Below, one piece after another: positions 25,494 to 38,500 of a DNA stretch of 64,000 bases (its first letter is position 1; the number at the start of each line of letters is the position of its first letter). The stretch lies in contig NW_027590699.1 in assembly GCF_964213995.1 (NCBI RefSeq), forward strand, positions 62,001 to 126,000, given 5' to 3'. The notes under the pieces are model-generated. The model had not been told where the DNA came from. It searched no databases and saw only the letters and a program-made list of their open reading frames with translations. The stretch is from Mustelus asterias (lineage: Eukaryota). Position numbers and translations under genes: made by a program.

Positions 25494-26252
25494 ATGGAGA
25501 AACCATGGAAATGTGTGGACTGTGGGAAGAGGTACAGAGTCCCATCTCAGCTGGAAGCTCATCGGCGCAGCCACACTGGGGAGAGGCCGTTCACCTGCTC
25601 TCAGTGTGGGGAGGGATTCACTCGGTCATCCGAACTGCAGAGACACCAGCGAGTTCACACTGGGGAGAGACCGTTCACCTGCTCTCAGTGTGGGGAGGGA
25701 TTCACTCAGTCATCTGACCTGCAGAGACATCAGCGAGTTCACACTGGGGAGAGGCCGTTCACCTGCTCTCAGTGTGGGAAGGGATTCACTCGATCATCCT
25801 ACCTGCAGTCACACCAGCGAGTTCACACTGGGGAGAGGCCATTCACCTGCTCTCAGTGTGGGAAGGGATTCACTTGTTCATCCAGCCTGCGGATGCACCA
25901 GCGAGTTCACACTGGGGAGAGACCATTCACCTGCTCTCAGTGTGGGGAGGGATTCACTTGTTCATCCCACCTGCGGAGGCACCAGCGAGTTCACACTGGG
26001 GAGAGACCATTCACCTGTTCTCAGTGTGGGAAGGGATTCACTCGGGTATCCAACCTGCGGGCACATCAGCAAGTTCACACTGGGGAGAAACCGTTCACCT
26101 GCTCTCAGTGTGGGAAGGGATTCACTCGGTCATGCAACCTGCGGACGCACCACCGAGTTCACACTGGGGAGAGGCCGTTCACCTGCTCTCAGTGTGGGAA
26201 GGGATTCAGAGTTTCATCCGACCTACTGAGACACCAACAAGTTCACAAGTGA
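25494..26252 (+). CDS. C2H2 zinc-finger protein, 9 fingers (ZNF-A paralog 2)
   Basis: ACCATGGAGAAACC start, 9 intact fingers, near-identical 84-bp backbone. Confidence 0.85.
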   Translation: MEKPWKCVDCGKRYRVPSQLEAHRRSHTGERPFTCSQCGEGFTRSSELQRHQRVHTGERPFTCSQCGEGFTQSSDLQRHQRVHTGERPFTCSQCGKGFTRSSYLQSHQRVHTGERPFTCSQCGKGFTCSSSLRMHQRVHTGERPFTCSQCGEGFTCSSHLRRHQRVHTGERPFTCSQCGKGFTRVSNLRAHQQVHTGEKPFTCSQCGKGFTRSCNLRTHHRVHTGERPFTCSQCGKGFRVSSDLLRHQQVHK

Positions 26253-26346
26253 TTCCAGGGGTTGGATTCTGCTGTTATTGTTTCTGCTCTCAATTCCATC
26301 CAGGACTGCATTTTGTTCATTCTCACAGTTGGTCAATGGGGAGGAT

Positions 26347-26750
26347 GCTCTGATTGTGGGAAGGGATTCACTGATTCATCCAACCTGCTGAAACACCAGA
26401 GAATTCATAACGGGGAGAGGCCATTTATCTGCTCCGAGTGTGGGATGGGATTTACTCAGTCATTCAACCTGCTAAAACACCAGCGAGTTCACACTGGAGA
26501 GAGGCCATTCACTTGCTCCAGTTGTGGGAAGGGATTCATTGATTCATCCACCTTGCTGAGACACCAGCGAGTTCACACCAGGGAGAGACCATTCACCTGC
26601 TCTGATTATGGCAAGGGATTCAGTCAATCATCCAACCTGGTAAAGCACCAGCAAATTCACACTGGGGACAGGCCATTCACCTGCTCCGTGTGTGGGAAGG
26701 GATTCACTCAGTCACCTCACCTGCTGAAACACCATCATGTTCACGAGTGA
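26347..26750 (+). pseudogene. Orphan 5-finger C2H2 array fused behind the ZNF-A2 stop codon
   Basis: CSDCGKGF... begins abruptly after 3'UTR-homologous sequence. One finger has C>Y, and there is no ATG upstream of its first finger. Confidence 0.7.
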
Positions 26751-27769
26751 CTGCAAGGACTGAATTTTGCTGTTAATCACATCGAGGTCCCAACCATTTT
26801 CATTGGTGTCTGTTTCTGCTGATGTTAATAAACCCTGGCCCAGTTGTAAGATTTGTATTGTGGATTGTCTTGTCTGAGTCCTGAACTCGTAAATAAAAAC
26901 AAGAAGTGCTGTAAAAACTCAGCAGGTCTGACAGCATCTCTGGAGAGAGAAACAGAGCTAATGTTTTGACACTGAAGAAGAGTCACATTCAACTGGAAAC
27001 ATTAACTGTTCCTGTCTTTACAGATTCTGTCAGACTTACTGAGATTTTGCAGCAACTTCTGTTTTTAGAATGACGGTGAATGCTGGATACATGAATCAGA
27101 GATTGGTGTAAAACTGGGATCTGCTCCTAAATCAAAGTGAAACAGCAGGTTAAAGTTTCCAGTCTGAAAAGTACTTTGGTTATTATACTATATCTACCAT
27201 TTTAAGGCTGGTTTTAACTCATTTAAAATAAACCTATTTAAAATATATTTGTTCAAGTCAGTATTAAAATACGAGTTGGATGAGTTCACAGGAGCCTGTT
27301 AACCGCTGGGACAATTATTCAACAAACATTGGATCTCCAGATAGAGAAGAAGCTGCAGTTTGTTTGCAGGAATTCCCTGTTTTATTGATGTGCGTGTGTT
27401 AGACATCAGGATAACTAAAACTACACAAACCTGGACATCAATGGTGATCTGATTGACAGTTACTCTGGGAATCACTCCCACTGTGAAACTTCAGCACTGA
27501 CACTGCTGAATTTTGTCGGCTCAGGGAGTGGGACCTCCAGGAGTGGACTGTAAAAAAGCTGGGTTTCAGTATCCTGACTAATATATGGTGAGGAACCAGA
27601 AAAATCCTTACTGAGGAACTGCCTGGGGTTTTACCAGTGTCGGTTCAGGGGCGAATGATTCCTGACTCCCTGAAATGTCTGATATTGAACCCAGTTTGGA
27701 ACAAGATTCATTCAGTTTCCAGGAGAATAGGGACAAATATCACCCACAACTGAGAGAGAGAAAAACAGC

Positions 27770-28560
27770 CACCTTGATCAATGACTTGGATGAAGCCAGA
27801 ATTGATGATACAAAGATAGGTAGAAAAGCAAGTTGTGAGGGTGTTACAAAAAATCTGTAAGGGACACAGATAAGTTACCTGAATGGACAGAAAAATGGCA
27901 GATGGAGTATAGTGCGGGAAAGTGGGAGCTTTTCCACTTTGGCAGGAAGAATAGAGAAGCAGAAAATTGTTTAAATATACAGAAACTGAAGAATACTGCC
28001 GTAGAGAGGAATCTGGGTGTCCTTGTACATGAATCGTGAACAAGTAGGATGAAGGTACAGCAAGTAAAGAAGAAGGCAAATGGAGTGTTGGACTTTACTG
28101 CAAGGGGGTGGAGTTTGAAAAAGGGAACTTGCTGCACCTACACAGGACATTGCTGAGATAGCAGCTGGAATACTGTGTACGGTTCTGGTCTCCCTACTGA
28201 TGGAATGACATGTTTTCATTGGAATGAGTTCAGAGAAGGTCCATTCCTCAGATGAAGGTGTTGTCTTTTGAGGAAAGATTGTAAGGTGTAGGTGAGAATT
28301 CTCCCATCCCGCCCACCACAGGTATCGTCGCGGGCAGAGGGGCGGGACCACAAAGGCCCATTGACCTCGGGCAGGATTGTCCAGTTTTGGGGTGAGCGCG
28401 GCCGGAGAATCCAACTCATTGTCTTTTGAGGAAAGGTTGCACCTCTAATCATTAGGTTTAGAAGAATGAGCAGTGAACTTTCTGAAACATATAAGATTCT
28501 CATGGGGGGTTGACAGGCTAGAGGCCAAGAGGATGATTCATGAAGGAGTCTTGAACTTGG
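27770..28560 (+). mobile_element. Highly degenerate CR1 fragment with a GC-rich insert
   Basis: INDLDE..DDTKIG remnants. The insert 28282-28418 lies between 21-bp direct repeats. Confidence 0.6.
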
Positions 28561-29964
28561 TGCCACAGATCAACAAGAGTCAAGGGTATTGTTTCAGCCC
28601 TTACAGACACCAATACTTTATCCTCAGTTTTAGTCATGTTAGCTGGTGTTGTCCACCCAATGGGACAGGCTCTGTTTCACGTGAGAGTTTTTGATTTGAT
28701 TTGATTTACTATTGTCACATGTATTGGGATACAGTGAAAGGTATTGTTTCTTGTGCGCTATACTGACAAAACATACATTCTAAAGTACATCGGGGAAAAG
28801 GAAAAAAGAGGGTGTAGAATATAGTGTTACAGTCATAGCGAGGGTGTAGAATAAGATCAATTTAATATACGTTGGTCCATTCAAAAGTCGGATAGCAGGG
28901 AAGAAGCTGCTCTTGAGTCAGTTGGTACATCACGTGGGTGGGTGGGTGGGAGGATGGCTGCGTGTGTTAGTTTTTGTGCATGAGGATGTTGGTATCTGAG
29001 TGAAGCTGCTTCTCATCAGCTGCAACACAACCTTCGTCCAAGCAGACAATGATAGGTCTCTGATTTTCCAACTGAGTGATTTGAGTGATCCAGAGATTCT
29101 CCATCCAGGCTGACTGTGTGCTGCGTAAAACCTGACATCTACACAACCTGACCCCACTTCTCCTGCAACAATATGAAGTGTCGGCTGCTTTCCTGATCCC
29201 TTCCTTTCCCCTCACCATTATCCTCAGATAGTTCACAAATTCCATTGTACCTCATCCTCCAATGGTCTCCATTTTAAATATTTCCATCAGTCTTGCCAAC
29301 AGATAGCAATGGGATTGCTGCTATCACAGTGATAAACTCTGAAATACTGCCTCTCTGATCTAGATCTCCCCACCATATCATCATGTGTTCCACTTTTTAA
29401 TATGAGGAAATTAATATAATTTAACTTTCAACAGTACCTTCCAACACTGCGACCTTTACCTTCCAATCCTACAAACTCTACCACCTCGAGACAAGGGCAG
29501 CAGATAATTGGCAACATGGACAACTGACGTTATCAAAGAATGAAGAACAGTACAGCAGAGGAACAGACCCTTCACCGAAAAACAATGGCACCCAAGACAT
29601 AAACAATCCTGACTTGGAATCATGTTGCTGTCTTTTCACTGTCGCTGATCAAAAATCCTGGAAATCCCTTCCTAACAGCATCTTCGACTGCGGCAAACTT
29701 ATAAATATAGGAGAGAAGATCATTCAGTCCCTTGACCCATTTAATTAGATCACGGCTGATCTGACAGTAACTTCAAATCTGCAGTTCAAGAAGGCAGCCC
29801 CAACCACCTTCTCAAGAATAATTTGGGGTGGGCGATTGATGCTGGTTGAGTCAGCAATGCCCACATTGTATAAACAAATATAAAACCCCATTAAAACTGA
29901 TTCAGCGCACCCCCTCCCCACAGAATGAAAAAGATTGGCTTTAAGATCAGTTAGAACCACAGAA

Positions 29965-30545
29965 CCGTAGGACATTACAGCACAGAAACAGGCCATTTGT
30001 CCCTTCTTGGCTGTGCCGAACCATTTTTCTGCCTAGTCCCACTGACCTGCACCTGGACCACATCCCTCCACACCCCTCTCACCCATGTACCTGTCCAAGT
30101 TTTTCTTAAATGTTAAAAGTGAGCCCACATTCACCACTTCATCTGGCAGCTCATTCCACACTCGCACCACTCTCTGTGTGAAGAAGCCCCCCCCCTAATA
30201 TTCCCTTCAAACTTTTCCCCCCTCACCCTTAACCCATATCCTCTAGTTATTTTCTCCCCTAGCCTCAGTGGAAAAAGCCTGCTTGCATTCATTCTATCTG
30301 TACCCATCATAATTTTATACACCTCTATCAAATCTCCCCTCATTCTTCTACGCTCCAGGGAATAAAGTCCTAACCTTTCTCTGTAACTCAGTTTCTCAAG
30401 ACCCGGCAACATCCTTGTAAACCTTCTCTGCACTCTTTCAACCTTATTAATATCCCTCCTGTAATTAGGTGACCAAAACTGCACAAAATACTCTAAATTC
30501 GGCCTCACCAATGTCTTATACAACTTCACCATAACATTCCAACTC
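29965..30545 (-). mobile_element. CR1 LINE 3' end
   Basis: ORF 30131..30550 (LYKTLVRPNLEY...ERRRMRGDLIEVYK). Confidence 0.88.
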
Positions 30546-30653
30546 CACACACAGCCTTTCTATTTGTGATTTTGCATGAACTATTAACATCATTTATTTT
30601 CACCAACGCTCCACTATCTGCTCTGGCACTCTGGTTCCCATCCCCCTGCAAAT

Positions 30654-30930
30654 CTAGTTTAAACCCTTCCCAATAACACTAGCAAACCTTCCTGCAAGTA
30701 TATTGGTCCCCTTGTAGTTCAGGTGTAACCCATCTCTCTTGTACAGGTCCCACCTGCCCCAGAAGAGGTTCCAATGATATAGAAATCTGAAACCCTGCCC
30801 CCTACACCAGTTCCTCAGCCACGTGTTCATCCGCCTGAGCATCCTACTCTTACCCTCACTGGCACGTGGCACAGGTAGCAATCCTGAGATTACTCCCCTC
30901 GGGGTCCTGCTTTTTAACTTCCCACCAAGT
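30654..30930 (-). mobile_element. CR1 ORF1 fragment (SGNH esterase-like C-terminus)
   Basis: ISGLLPVPRA...WLRNWC...YKRDGLHLN...GLN*. Confidence 0.8.
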
Positions 30931-30972
30931 TGTTCCTTTGTAGTCACTGATATTTAACTGATATTCCTTTAT

Positions 30973-31013
30973 AGTCACCTGATGAAGGAGCAGCGCTCCG
31001 AAAGCTAGTGGCT
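30973..31013 (+). ncRNA. Minimal hammerhead ribozyme motif in a PLE end (best-preserved copy)
   Basis: AGTCAC-CTGATGA-A-GGAGC-AGC-GCTCC-GAAA-GC-TA-GTGGCT: 6-bp stem I, perfect 5-bp stem II, intact core. Confidence 0.72.
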
Positions 31014-31139
31014 TTTGCTACCAAATAAACCTGTTGGACTTTAATCTGGTGGTGTGAGATTTCTTACTCTATTCTCTCTCCACAGATGGTCAGTCCTGCT
31101 GAGATTTTCCAACATTTACTGTCTTTATCTCAGTGATAA

Positions 31140-31955
<816 letters not shown>

Positions 31956-32034
31956 ATATGATGTAAAGAAAATCAGCCGCAATAAATCCTTTGTGAACAG
32001 AAAAACAAAAACAGCTTTCACAATGATGCAGTTT

Positions 32035-32780
32035 CAGCCAATGAGGGAGACCCGGGCTCAGCCCCGCCCCCATTCACTCTGATTGTTGGAGGACCAGCTG
32101 CTCCTGCTCGGTCCTCCAGCCCCGCCCCCTTTTCCTTGGTCCGGAACCGCTGTCAATCACTGTCCGGTCATTGTGATGTGGAGCATGCGCAGTGCCGCTG
32201 GGAGCTCAGGATTGCGGCGGTGGGAATTTTCAGCTGATCCGACACCGGCGGGTGGGTAATGAGGGGGGGATGGAGCCGGCGGGTGGGGAATGAGGGGGGG
32301 ATGGAGCCGGCGGGTGGGGAATGAGGGGGGGATGGAGCCGGCGGGTGGGGAATGAGGGGGGGATGGAGCCGGCGGGTGGGGAATGAGGGGGGGATGGAGC
32401 CGGCGGGTGGGGAATGAGGGGGGGATGGAGCCGGCGGGTGGGGAATGAGGGGGGGATGGAGCCGGCGGGTGGGTTCGAGGCTTCATAAACACCCCGTGTC
32501 GGCCCCAAGCACCGAATACAAAGCTCGGGTGCGGGTTGTGAAGCGGGGAAATCAGCTCGGGCTTTTCCCCGGAACAGGCCCAGAATCCCTGCCGCCGTCT
32601 TTATCGGGAGCCTCTACGGCTCGGCGCATGCGCACTGAGGAAGCCTCGAGCGAGGCTCCTCCCCTCATTCACTCCGATTGGTTGGAGGACCAGCCGCTCC
32701 CGCTCGGTCCTCCAGCCTCGCCGCCTCTTCCTATTGGTCCGGACCTGCTGTCAATCACCCCGGGCATTGTGATGTGGGCG
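32035..32780 (+). promoter_or_regulatory. Two tandem ZNF promoter cassettes (32035-32200, 32620-32780)
   Basis: Same motifs as 13960-14182, including GCGCATGCGCA and ATTGG-10nt-CTGTCAATCA. Confidence 0.62.
32244..32473 (+). repeat. 31-bp G-rich minisatellite (~7.3 units), potential G-quadruplex
   Basis: The unit is GCCGGCGGGTGGGGAATGAGGGGGGGATGGA. Confidence 0.92.
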
Positions 32781-32873
32781 GGAAGGATTCACAAACACCC
32801 GCTGGAGGCCCCAACACCCCCAATAAGACCCATTGGTTTTATTGTCAGTCTGCAGACAGGAGCTGGAGAACTG

Positions 32874-33023
32874 TTCACAATAAGAAGTCTCAACACCAGG
32901 TTAAAGACCAACAGGTTTATTTGGTAGCAAATGCCATAAGCTTTCAGAGTGCTGCTCCTTCGTCAGATGGAGTCTGACGAAGGAGCAGTGTTCACCCCAG
33001 TCCAACGCCGGCATCTCCACATC
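32874..33023. mobile_element. Short inverted PLE insertion with a hammerhead motif (minus, 32934-32970)
   Basis: TSD AGAACTG at 32867-32873 and 33024-33030. The empty site is in the paralog at ~14590. Confidence 0.75.
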
Positions 33024-33579
33024 AGAACTGAACACAGGCAGAGGAGAGGGAGGGAGCAAACTGGGGGTGGAGGATAGAAATGGTGGAGATGGGTTTGGAT
33101 TTCAGCCCAGGGAGGAGGGAGAGTGTGTGGGATGGGGATTTACAGATTTGGGGGAACAAGAGAGGAAAAAATGTTCCAGAGAAACTAGAATTGTCTGTTC
33201 AGAATTTCTATCCTGGACTGACGGTGATGACTTTTGTAAACTCTTTTTACGGGATCTTAGAAACGATGATTGCAGATGGGAAACTCAAACCAAACTTAAG
33301 TTTGACAGTCAGTTGGTTCATCATGACCTGAATATCATCACCTTTGAGGCTGAAAGGATAATTGTTCGTTTGTTCTGTCTGAGGGAAAATATTTTAAACA
33401 TCAGTGTTACTGGAAAAGCACCAAGAGACACACGCACAGCTGAGTGAGAATGTTCCAGTGAACTGATTGCAGAAAGAGCTTTAACCAGTTCCACAGCCTG
33501 ATAAAACATCACACCATTCACAGTGTGGACGAGCCTTCAACTAATCATCCAACCTGGAGAGACACAAGGACACCGGCAC

Positions 33580-34509
33580 CATGGAACTGTGAGGACTGTG
33601 GGAAAGAATTCAGTTATAGATCCCAGCTGGAATACCATAGACACAGTCACAGTGGGGCCGATGCCTTGGAGAAACCGTGGAAATGTGAGGATTGTGGGAA
33701 AGGATTCAATTACCCATCCCTATTGGACAACCACTGGCGCACTCACACTGGGGAGCGGCCATTCACCTGTTCTGTGTGTGGAAAGGGATTTACTCAGCCA
33801 ACTGGCCTCATGTTACACCAGCGCATTCACACTGAGGAGAGGCTGTTCAGCTGCACTCACTGTGGAAGAAGGTTCAGGTCTTCATCAGACCTCAGTCAAC
33901 ATCATCGCGTTCACACTGGGGAGAGGCCATTCACCTGCTCCATGTGTGGGAAGGGATTCACAAAGTCCTCCAACCTGGTGACACACCAGCAAATTCACTC
34001 TGAGGAGAAGCTGTTCAGCTGCACTTTCTATGGAAAGAGGTTCAGGTATTCACACAGCCTCGAAGAACACCAGCGAATTCACACTGGGGAGAAGCCTTTC
34101 ACCTGTTCAGTCTGTGGACAGGGATTCACTCAGTCATCCAGTCTGGTGAATCATCAGCGAGTTCACACTGGGGAGAGGCCATTCAGCTGCACCTCCTGTG
34201 GGAAGAGTTTCAAGCAGGCATATGCCCTCATTGAACACCAGTGAGTTCACACTGGGGAGAGACCATTCACCTGCTCGGTGTGTGGGAAGGGATTCACTGT
34301 GTCATCCAGCCTCAAGGCATACCAGCAAATTCACGCTGAGGACAAGCCATTCAGCTGCTCTGACTGTGGGAAGAGTTTCAGGACTTCATCTGCTCTCTTT
34401 GTACACCAGCGAGTTCACACTGGGGAGAGACCATTTGCCTGCTCTGTGTGTGGGAAGGGATTCACTCGGTCCTGCAACCTCGTGACACATGAGTGAATCC
34501 ATATGTGAC
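33580..34509 (+). pseudogene. C2H2 ZNF pseudogene (~11 fingers)
   Basis: The ATG at 33580 is out of frame with the fingers. There are in-frame CGA>TGA stops at 34242 and 34494 and a C>Y in CTFYGK. Confidence 0.8.
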
Positions 34510-35646
34510 TGAGAGATTGGATTCAGCTGTTTCTGCTAATGTTCATTACATCCAGGATTGATAGTTGGACAATTTTAAGTTTGTTCCTGGTGATATTAAC
34601 AACCCTATAACTGGCTGAAGTTTAATATTCTGTAGATGTCACTGACCTTCGAGGCTACAGTGTCCCTTTTTAAAGGCACCATCTGTGATCTTTCAGCTGA
34701 ATTCAAGAACTCTCAACGGAAATTTGGTTGCAATAAGACTGAACTTTTTACTTCAATCCTAAATTGATCTTTGATGCAAAATCTACAATTCATTGTCTCC
34801 CAAGAATGTGGGTTCTCATCAAGTGGAGGTGACTTTGCCAGCTTGGGTACATTCACAGGATAGAGGATGGTCACTCCAGCGGCTCAGCAACAAGAGCCAA
34901 CATCGAAAACAACAACTCACAACCAGACCTGAGAACCACTTCATATGTGGCACTTGAAGCAGAACCACCTCTCACAGATTGGTCTCTGCAGCCAACAGTA
35001 TCAGTGAACCAGGGAGTGGGTGGGCCTTGAGGGTGCCAGTGACCAGGAGAGAAAACAATCTTCTTGATTTTGCACAGAGGGGCAAGAGAACTGAAGCCAG
35101 ACAGACTGGAGGGAGGGAGGAAACAGGGAGTGGAGGACAGAAATGGTGGAGATGGTGAGATGGGTTTGGATTTCGGCCCAGGGAGGAGGGAGTGTGTGTG
35201 AGACGGGGATTTACAGATTTGGGGGAACAAGAGAGTAAAGAATGTTCCAGAGAAATTAGAATTGTCTGATATGAATTTCTATCCTGGACTGACCCGTGAT
35301 TAATTTTGTCAACTCTTTTTACAGATCTTACAAGGGAAAGATTTTTAGATGCAAAACTCAAAACGAACATTTTGGTTTAACTCAATTATTCATCAACCTT
35401 TCAATGTGGAAGGAGAAATGTTTATCTGTGGAAAATATTTTAAACATCAGTGCAACTGGAGAAACACCGAGACACACACACCCGGGTGAGAGTGTTCCAG
35501 TGAACTGATTGCGGAAAGAGCTTTAACCAGTTACACATCCTGAAAAAAACATCACACCATTCACAGTGGGGAGCAAACACGTGTTCTGTATGTGGACGAG
35601 GCTTCAACTGATCTCTAGGCTGGAGAGACAGGAAGAGACCCAGACC

Positions 35647-36447
35647 ATGGAGAAACCTTGGAAATGTGGGGACTGTGGGAAGGGATTCAAGTCTTCTTTC
35701 CGGCTGGAAATCCATCGACGCAGTCACACCGGGGAGAAGCCATTCGTCTGTTGTGTGTGTGGGAAGGGATTTACCAAGACAACCTACCTGATGTTACACC
35801 AGAGAATTCACACTGAGGAGAGGCCCTTCAGCTGCACTTACTGTGGGAAGAAGTTCAACAGCACATCCAGCCTCGCTACACACCAGCGGATTCACACTGG
35901 GGTGAAGCCGTTCACCTGCTCTGTGTGCGGTGAGAGATTCACTCGGTCATCCGGCCTTTGGACACATCAGCGAATTCACACCGAGGAGAAACCGTTCAGC
36001 TGCACATCCTGTGGAAAGAGTTTTGGACAGTCATCCACCCTGACTGCTCACCAACGCACTCACACCGGGGAGAGACCGTTCAGCTGCTCCATATGTGGGA
36101 AGAAATTCTCCCAGTCATTCGATCTGGTGAGACACCAGCGACTTCACACCGGGGAGAGACCGTTCACCTGCTCGGTGTGTGGGAAGGGATTCGCTCAGTT
36201 ATTCACACTCCAGTCCCACCACCGCACTCACACGCAGGAGAATCCATTCAGCTGCAGTACCTGTGGAAAGAGTTTCAACCAGTCATCCAACCTTCTGACT
36301 CACCAACGCACTCACTCTGGGGAGAGGCCTTTCACCTGCTCCTTGTGTGGAAAGGCATTCACAAGGTCCACCAGCCTGCTGAGACACCAGCAAATTCATA
36401 ATAGACTGAAAGGATTGGATTCTGCTTTTAATCACAGCGAGGATTGA
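35647..36447 (+). CDS. C2H2 zinc-finger protein, 9 fingers
   Basis: ACCATGGAGAAACC start (alternative in-frame ATG at 35590) and 9 intact fingers. It is a diverged tandem duplicate of the 33030-34790 cassette. Confidence 0.85.
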   Translation: MEKPWKCGDCGKGFKSSFRLEIHRRSHTGEKPFVCCVCGKGFTKTTYLMLHQRIHTEERPFSCTYCGKKFNSTSSLATHQRIHTGVKPFTCSVCGERFTRSSGLWTHQRIHTEEKPFSCTSCGKSFGQSSTLTAHQRTHTGERPFSCSICGKKFSQSFDLVRHQRLHTGERPFTCSVCGKGFAQLFTLQSHHRTHTQENPFSCSTCGKSFNQSSNLLTHQRTHSGERPFTCSLCGKAFTRSTSLLRHQQIHNRLKGLDSAFNHSED

Positions 36448-36524
36448 TAGTCTGACAATATTAGTTCGATTTTCCTGATTAACATCCCTATAACTGGCTG
36501 GAGTTTAATATTCTGGAGATGTCA

Positions 36525-36853
36525 TAGAAACATAGAAACCCTACAGTGCAGAAGGAGGCCATTCGGCCCATCGAGTCTGCACCGACCACAATCCCACCCA
36601 GGCCCTACCCCCACATATTTTACCCGCTAATCCCTCTAACCTACGCATCCCAGGACTCTAAGGGACAATTTTTAACCTGGCCAATCAACCTAACCCGCAC
36701 ATCTTTGGACTGTGGGAGGAAACCGGAGCACCCGGAGGAAACCCACGCAGACACGAGGAGAATGTGCAAACTCCACACAGACAGTGACCCGAGCCGGGAA
36801 TCGAACCCGGGACCCTGGAGCTGTGAAGCAGCAGTGCTAACCACTGTGCTACC
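36525..36853 (-). mobile_element. Young HE1-like SINE
   Basis: TSD GATGTCA at 36518-36524 and 36854-36860. The empty site is in the paralog at ~34635. Confidence 0.93.
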
Positions 36854-37089
36854 GATGTCACTGATTTTCAGGACTGCAATGTCCCTTTTTAAAAACACCT
36901 TGTGTGATCTTCCACCTTAATTCTAGAATCCTCAACAGAACCTGTTTAAACTAAAATTATGAACTTTACCTCAATCCTAAATTAATCTTTGATGCAAATC
37001 AGTGTGTGAATGATTCCTGATTAACATCCCCTATTGGAAAGTGCTGATTAATCCTTGCTGACAATTCTGAGTGACGTCTTCTCAATGAC

Positions 37090-38500
37090 ACCTCCATTAT
37101 GAAGGAACCTAAACAAAATTCCATGAATTCCAATGAAAGGTTATACAGACACGGTAAACATTTACATAAAAACTTTAACAATCAGCATTGATATTGATGA
37201 AACTTGGAAGTTGCTGAGTTCAATCATTTCTGACACAGCAGCAGCAACATTTGGTAAAGGTGGAACCCACAACAAAGACCGGTTTGAGACCCACTCAGCA
37301 GAGATGACACCTGTCATTGAAGCAAAAAAAAGCCTACCTGATGGACAACATAAACCCAACAGCTGGAACATTGCATCAGTTGAAAGAAGTGTTGAAACAG
37401 GGAGATACGCGGCTAATAAACACCGGACAATCCTACACCAATAATTCCAAACTGCCTGTGATAATGAATATCTCTGTTGTGTTTGATGGGATCAAGAAAG
37501 TGGTGCTACCAGCACCAAACTTGGCCCCCTGAAATTGGCAGATGGTGATGTTTTCATCGACAGAAGTCCCGCTGGTTTGAAGTTTAAAGTTTTAAAATTT
37601 ATTTATTGTCACAAATAGGCTTACGTTAACACTGCAACGAAGTTACTGTGAAAATACCCAAGGCGCCACATTCCGGCACCTGTTCGGGTGCACTGAGAGA
37701 GAATTTCAAATTGTGGGAGGAAACCGGAGCACCCAGAGGAAATCCATGCAGACATAGGGCGAACATGCAGACTCCGCACAGCCAGTGATCCAAGCCGGGA
37801 ATCAAACCTCAGTCCCTGCGCTGTGAGGCAGCAGTGTTAACCACTGTGCCACCGGGCCTGTGACCTATACTGAGACACAGACATCACACAATCTCTGTTT
37901 GATTCTCCTGCAGTTTCCTGTCATGGTTGAGTTCTGATGTGGAGATGCCGGCGTTGGACTGGGGTAAACACAGTAAGAGTTTTAACAACACCAGGTTAAA
38001 GTCCAACAGGTTTATTTGATAGCTAATGGCATTTGCTAACAAATAAACCTGTTGGACTTTAACCTGGTGTTGTTAAAACTCTTACATGGTTGAGTTCAAC
38101 AAGGAACCCTCAACATTTGAGCTGGAAAAGGCCATTGATTGCTGAGCAAGTAGAAAGGCTCCCAGCAAGGATGGAATTCCAGCTGAACTGCTCAAACACA
38201 AAGTCCCATCCACTGCCACATCTTCACAACCTCCTCCTCTTTTGGGGTGTGAGACTGGTTCACAGGAGATATGTGACATGAAAATTTTCACAATATACAG
38301 AAACAGCAGTGGTAGAGATTGCAACAACTACAGGGACATCTCACTCCTTAGCATCACTGGGAAGGCCTTCGCAAGGGTCATGTTTAAAAGACTCCAGCTA
38401 CTTGCAGACTGAGTGTATCCAGAAGCACAGTGCGGTTTCTGTGCTGACAGATCTGCAGCGAACATGATCTTCTCCACACACCAGTGACAAGAGAAGTGAA
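37090..38500 (+). mobile_element. Degenerate RTE-clade LINE, interrupted by a SINE (~37580-37855) and a PLE insert
   Basis: Remnants KAPSKDGIPAELLK, NNYRDISLLSITGKAFARV and VYPEAQCGF...MIFS...QEK. Confidence 0.75.
37935..38084. mobile_element. Fold-back PLE mini-insertion
   Basis: ~55-bp inverted arms and TSD CATGGTTGAGTTC at 37922-37934 and 38085-38097. Confidence 0.85.

Noticed and set aside
25438-26353. Long alternative-frame ORFs over ZNF arrays ([20 protein letters not shown] and [20 protein letters not shown]; also 9260..10145 and 58077..58700)
   Set aside because: These are shadow frames produced by the repetitive 84-bp finger unit, and they mostly start at non-ATG codons.
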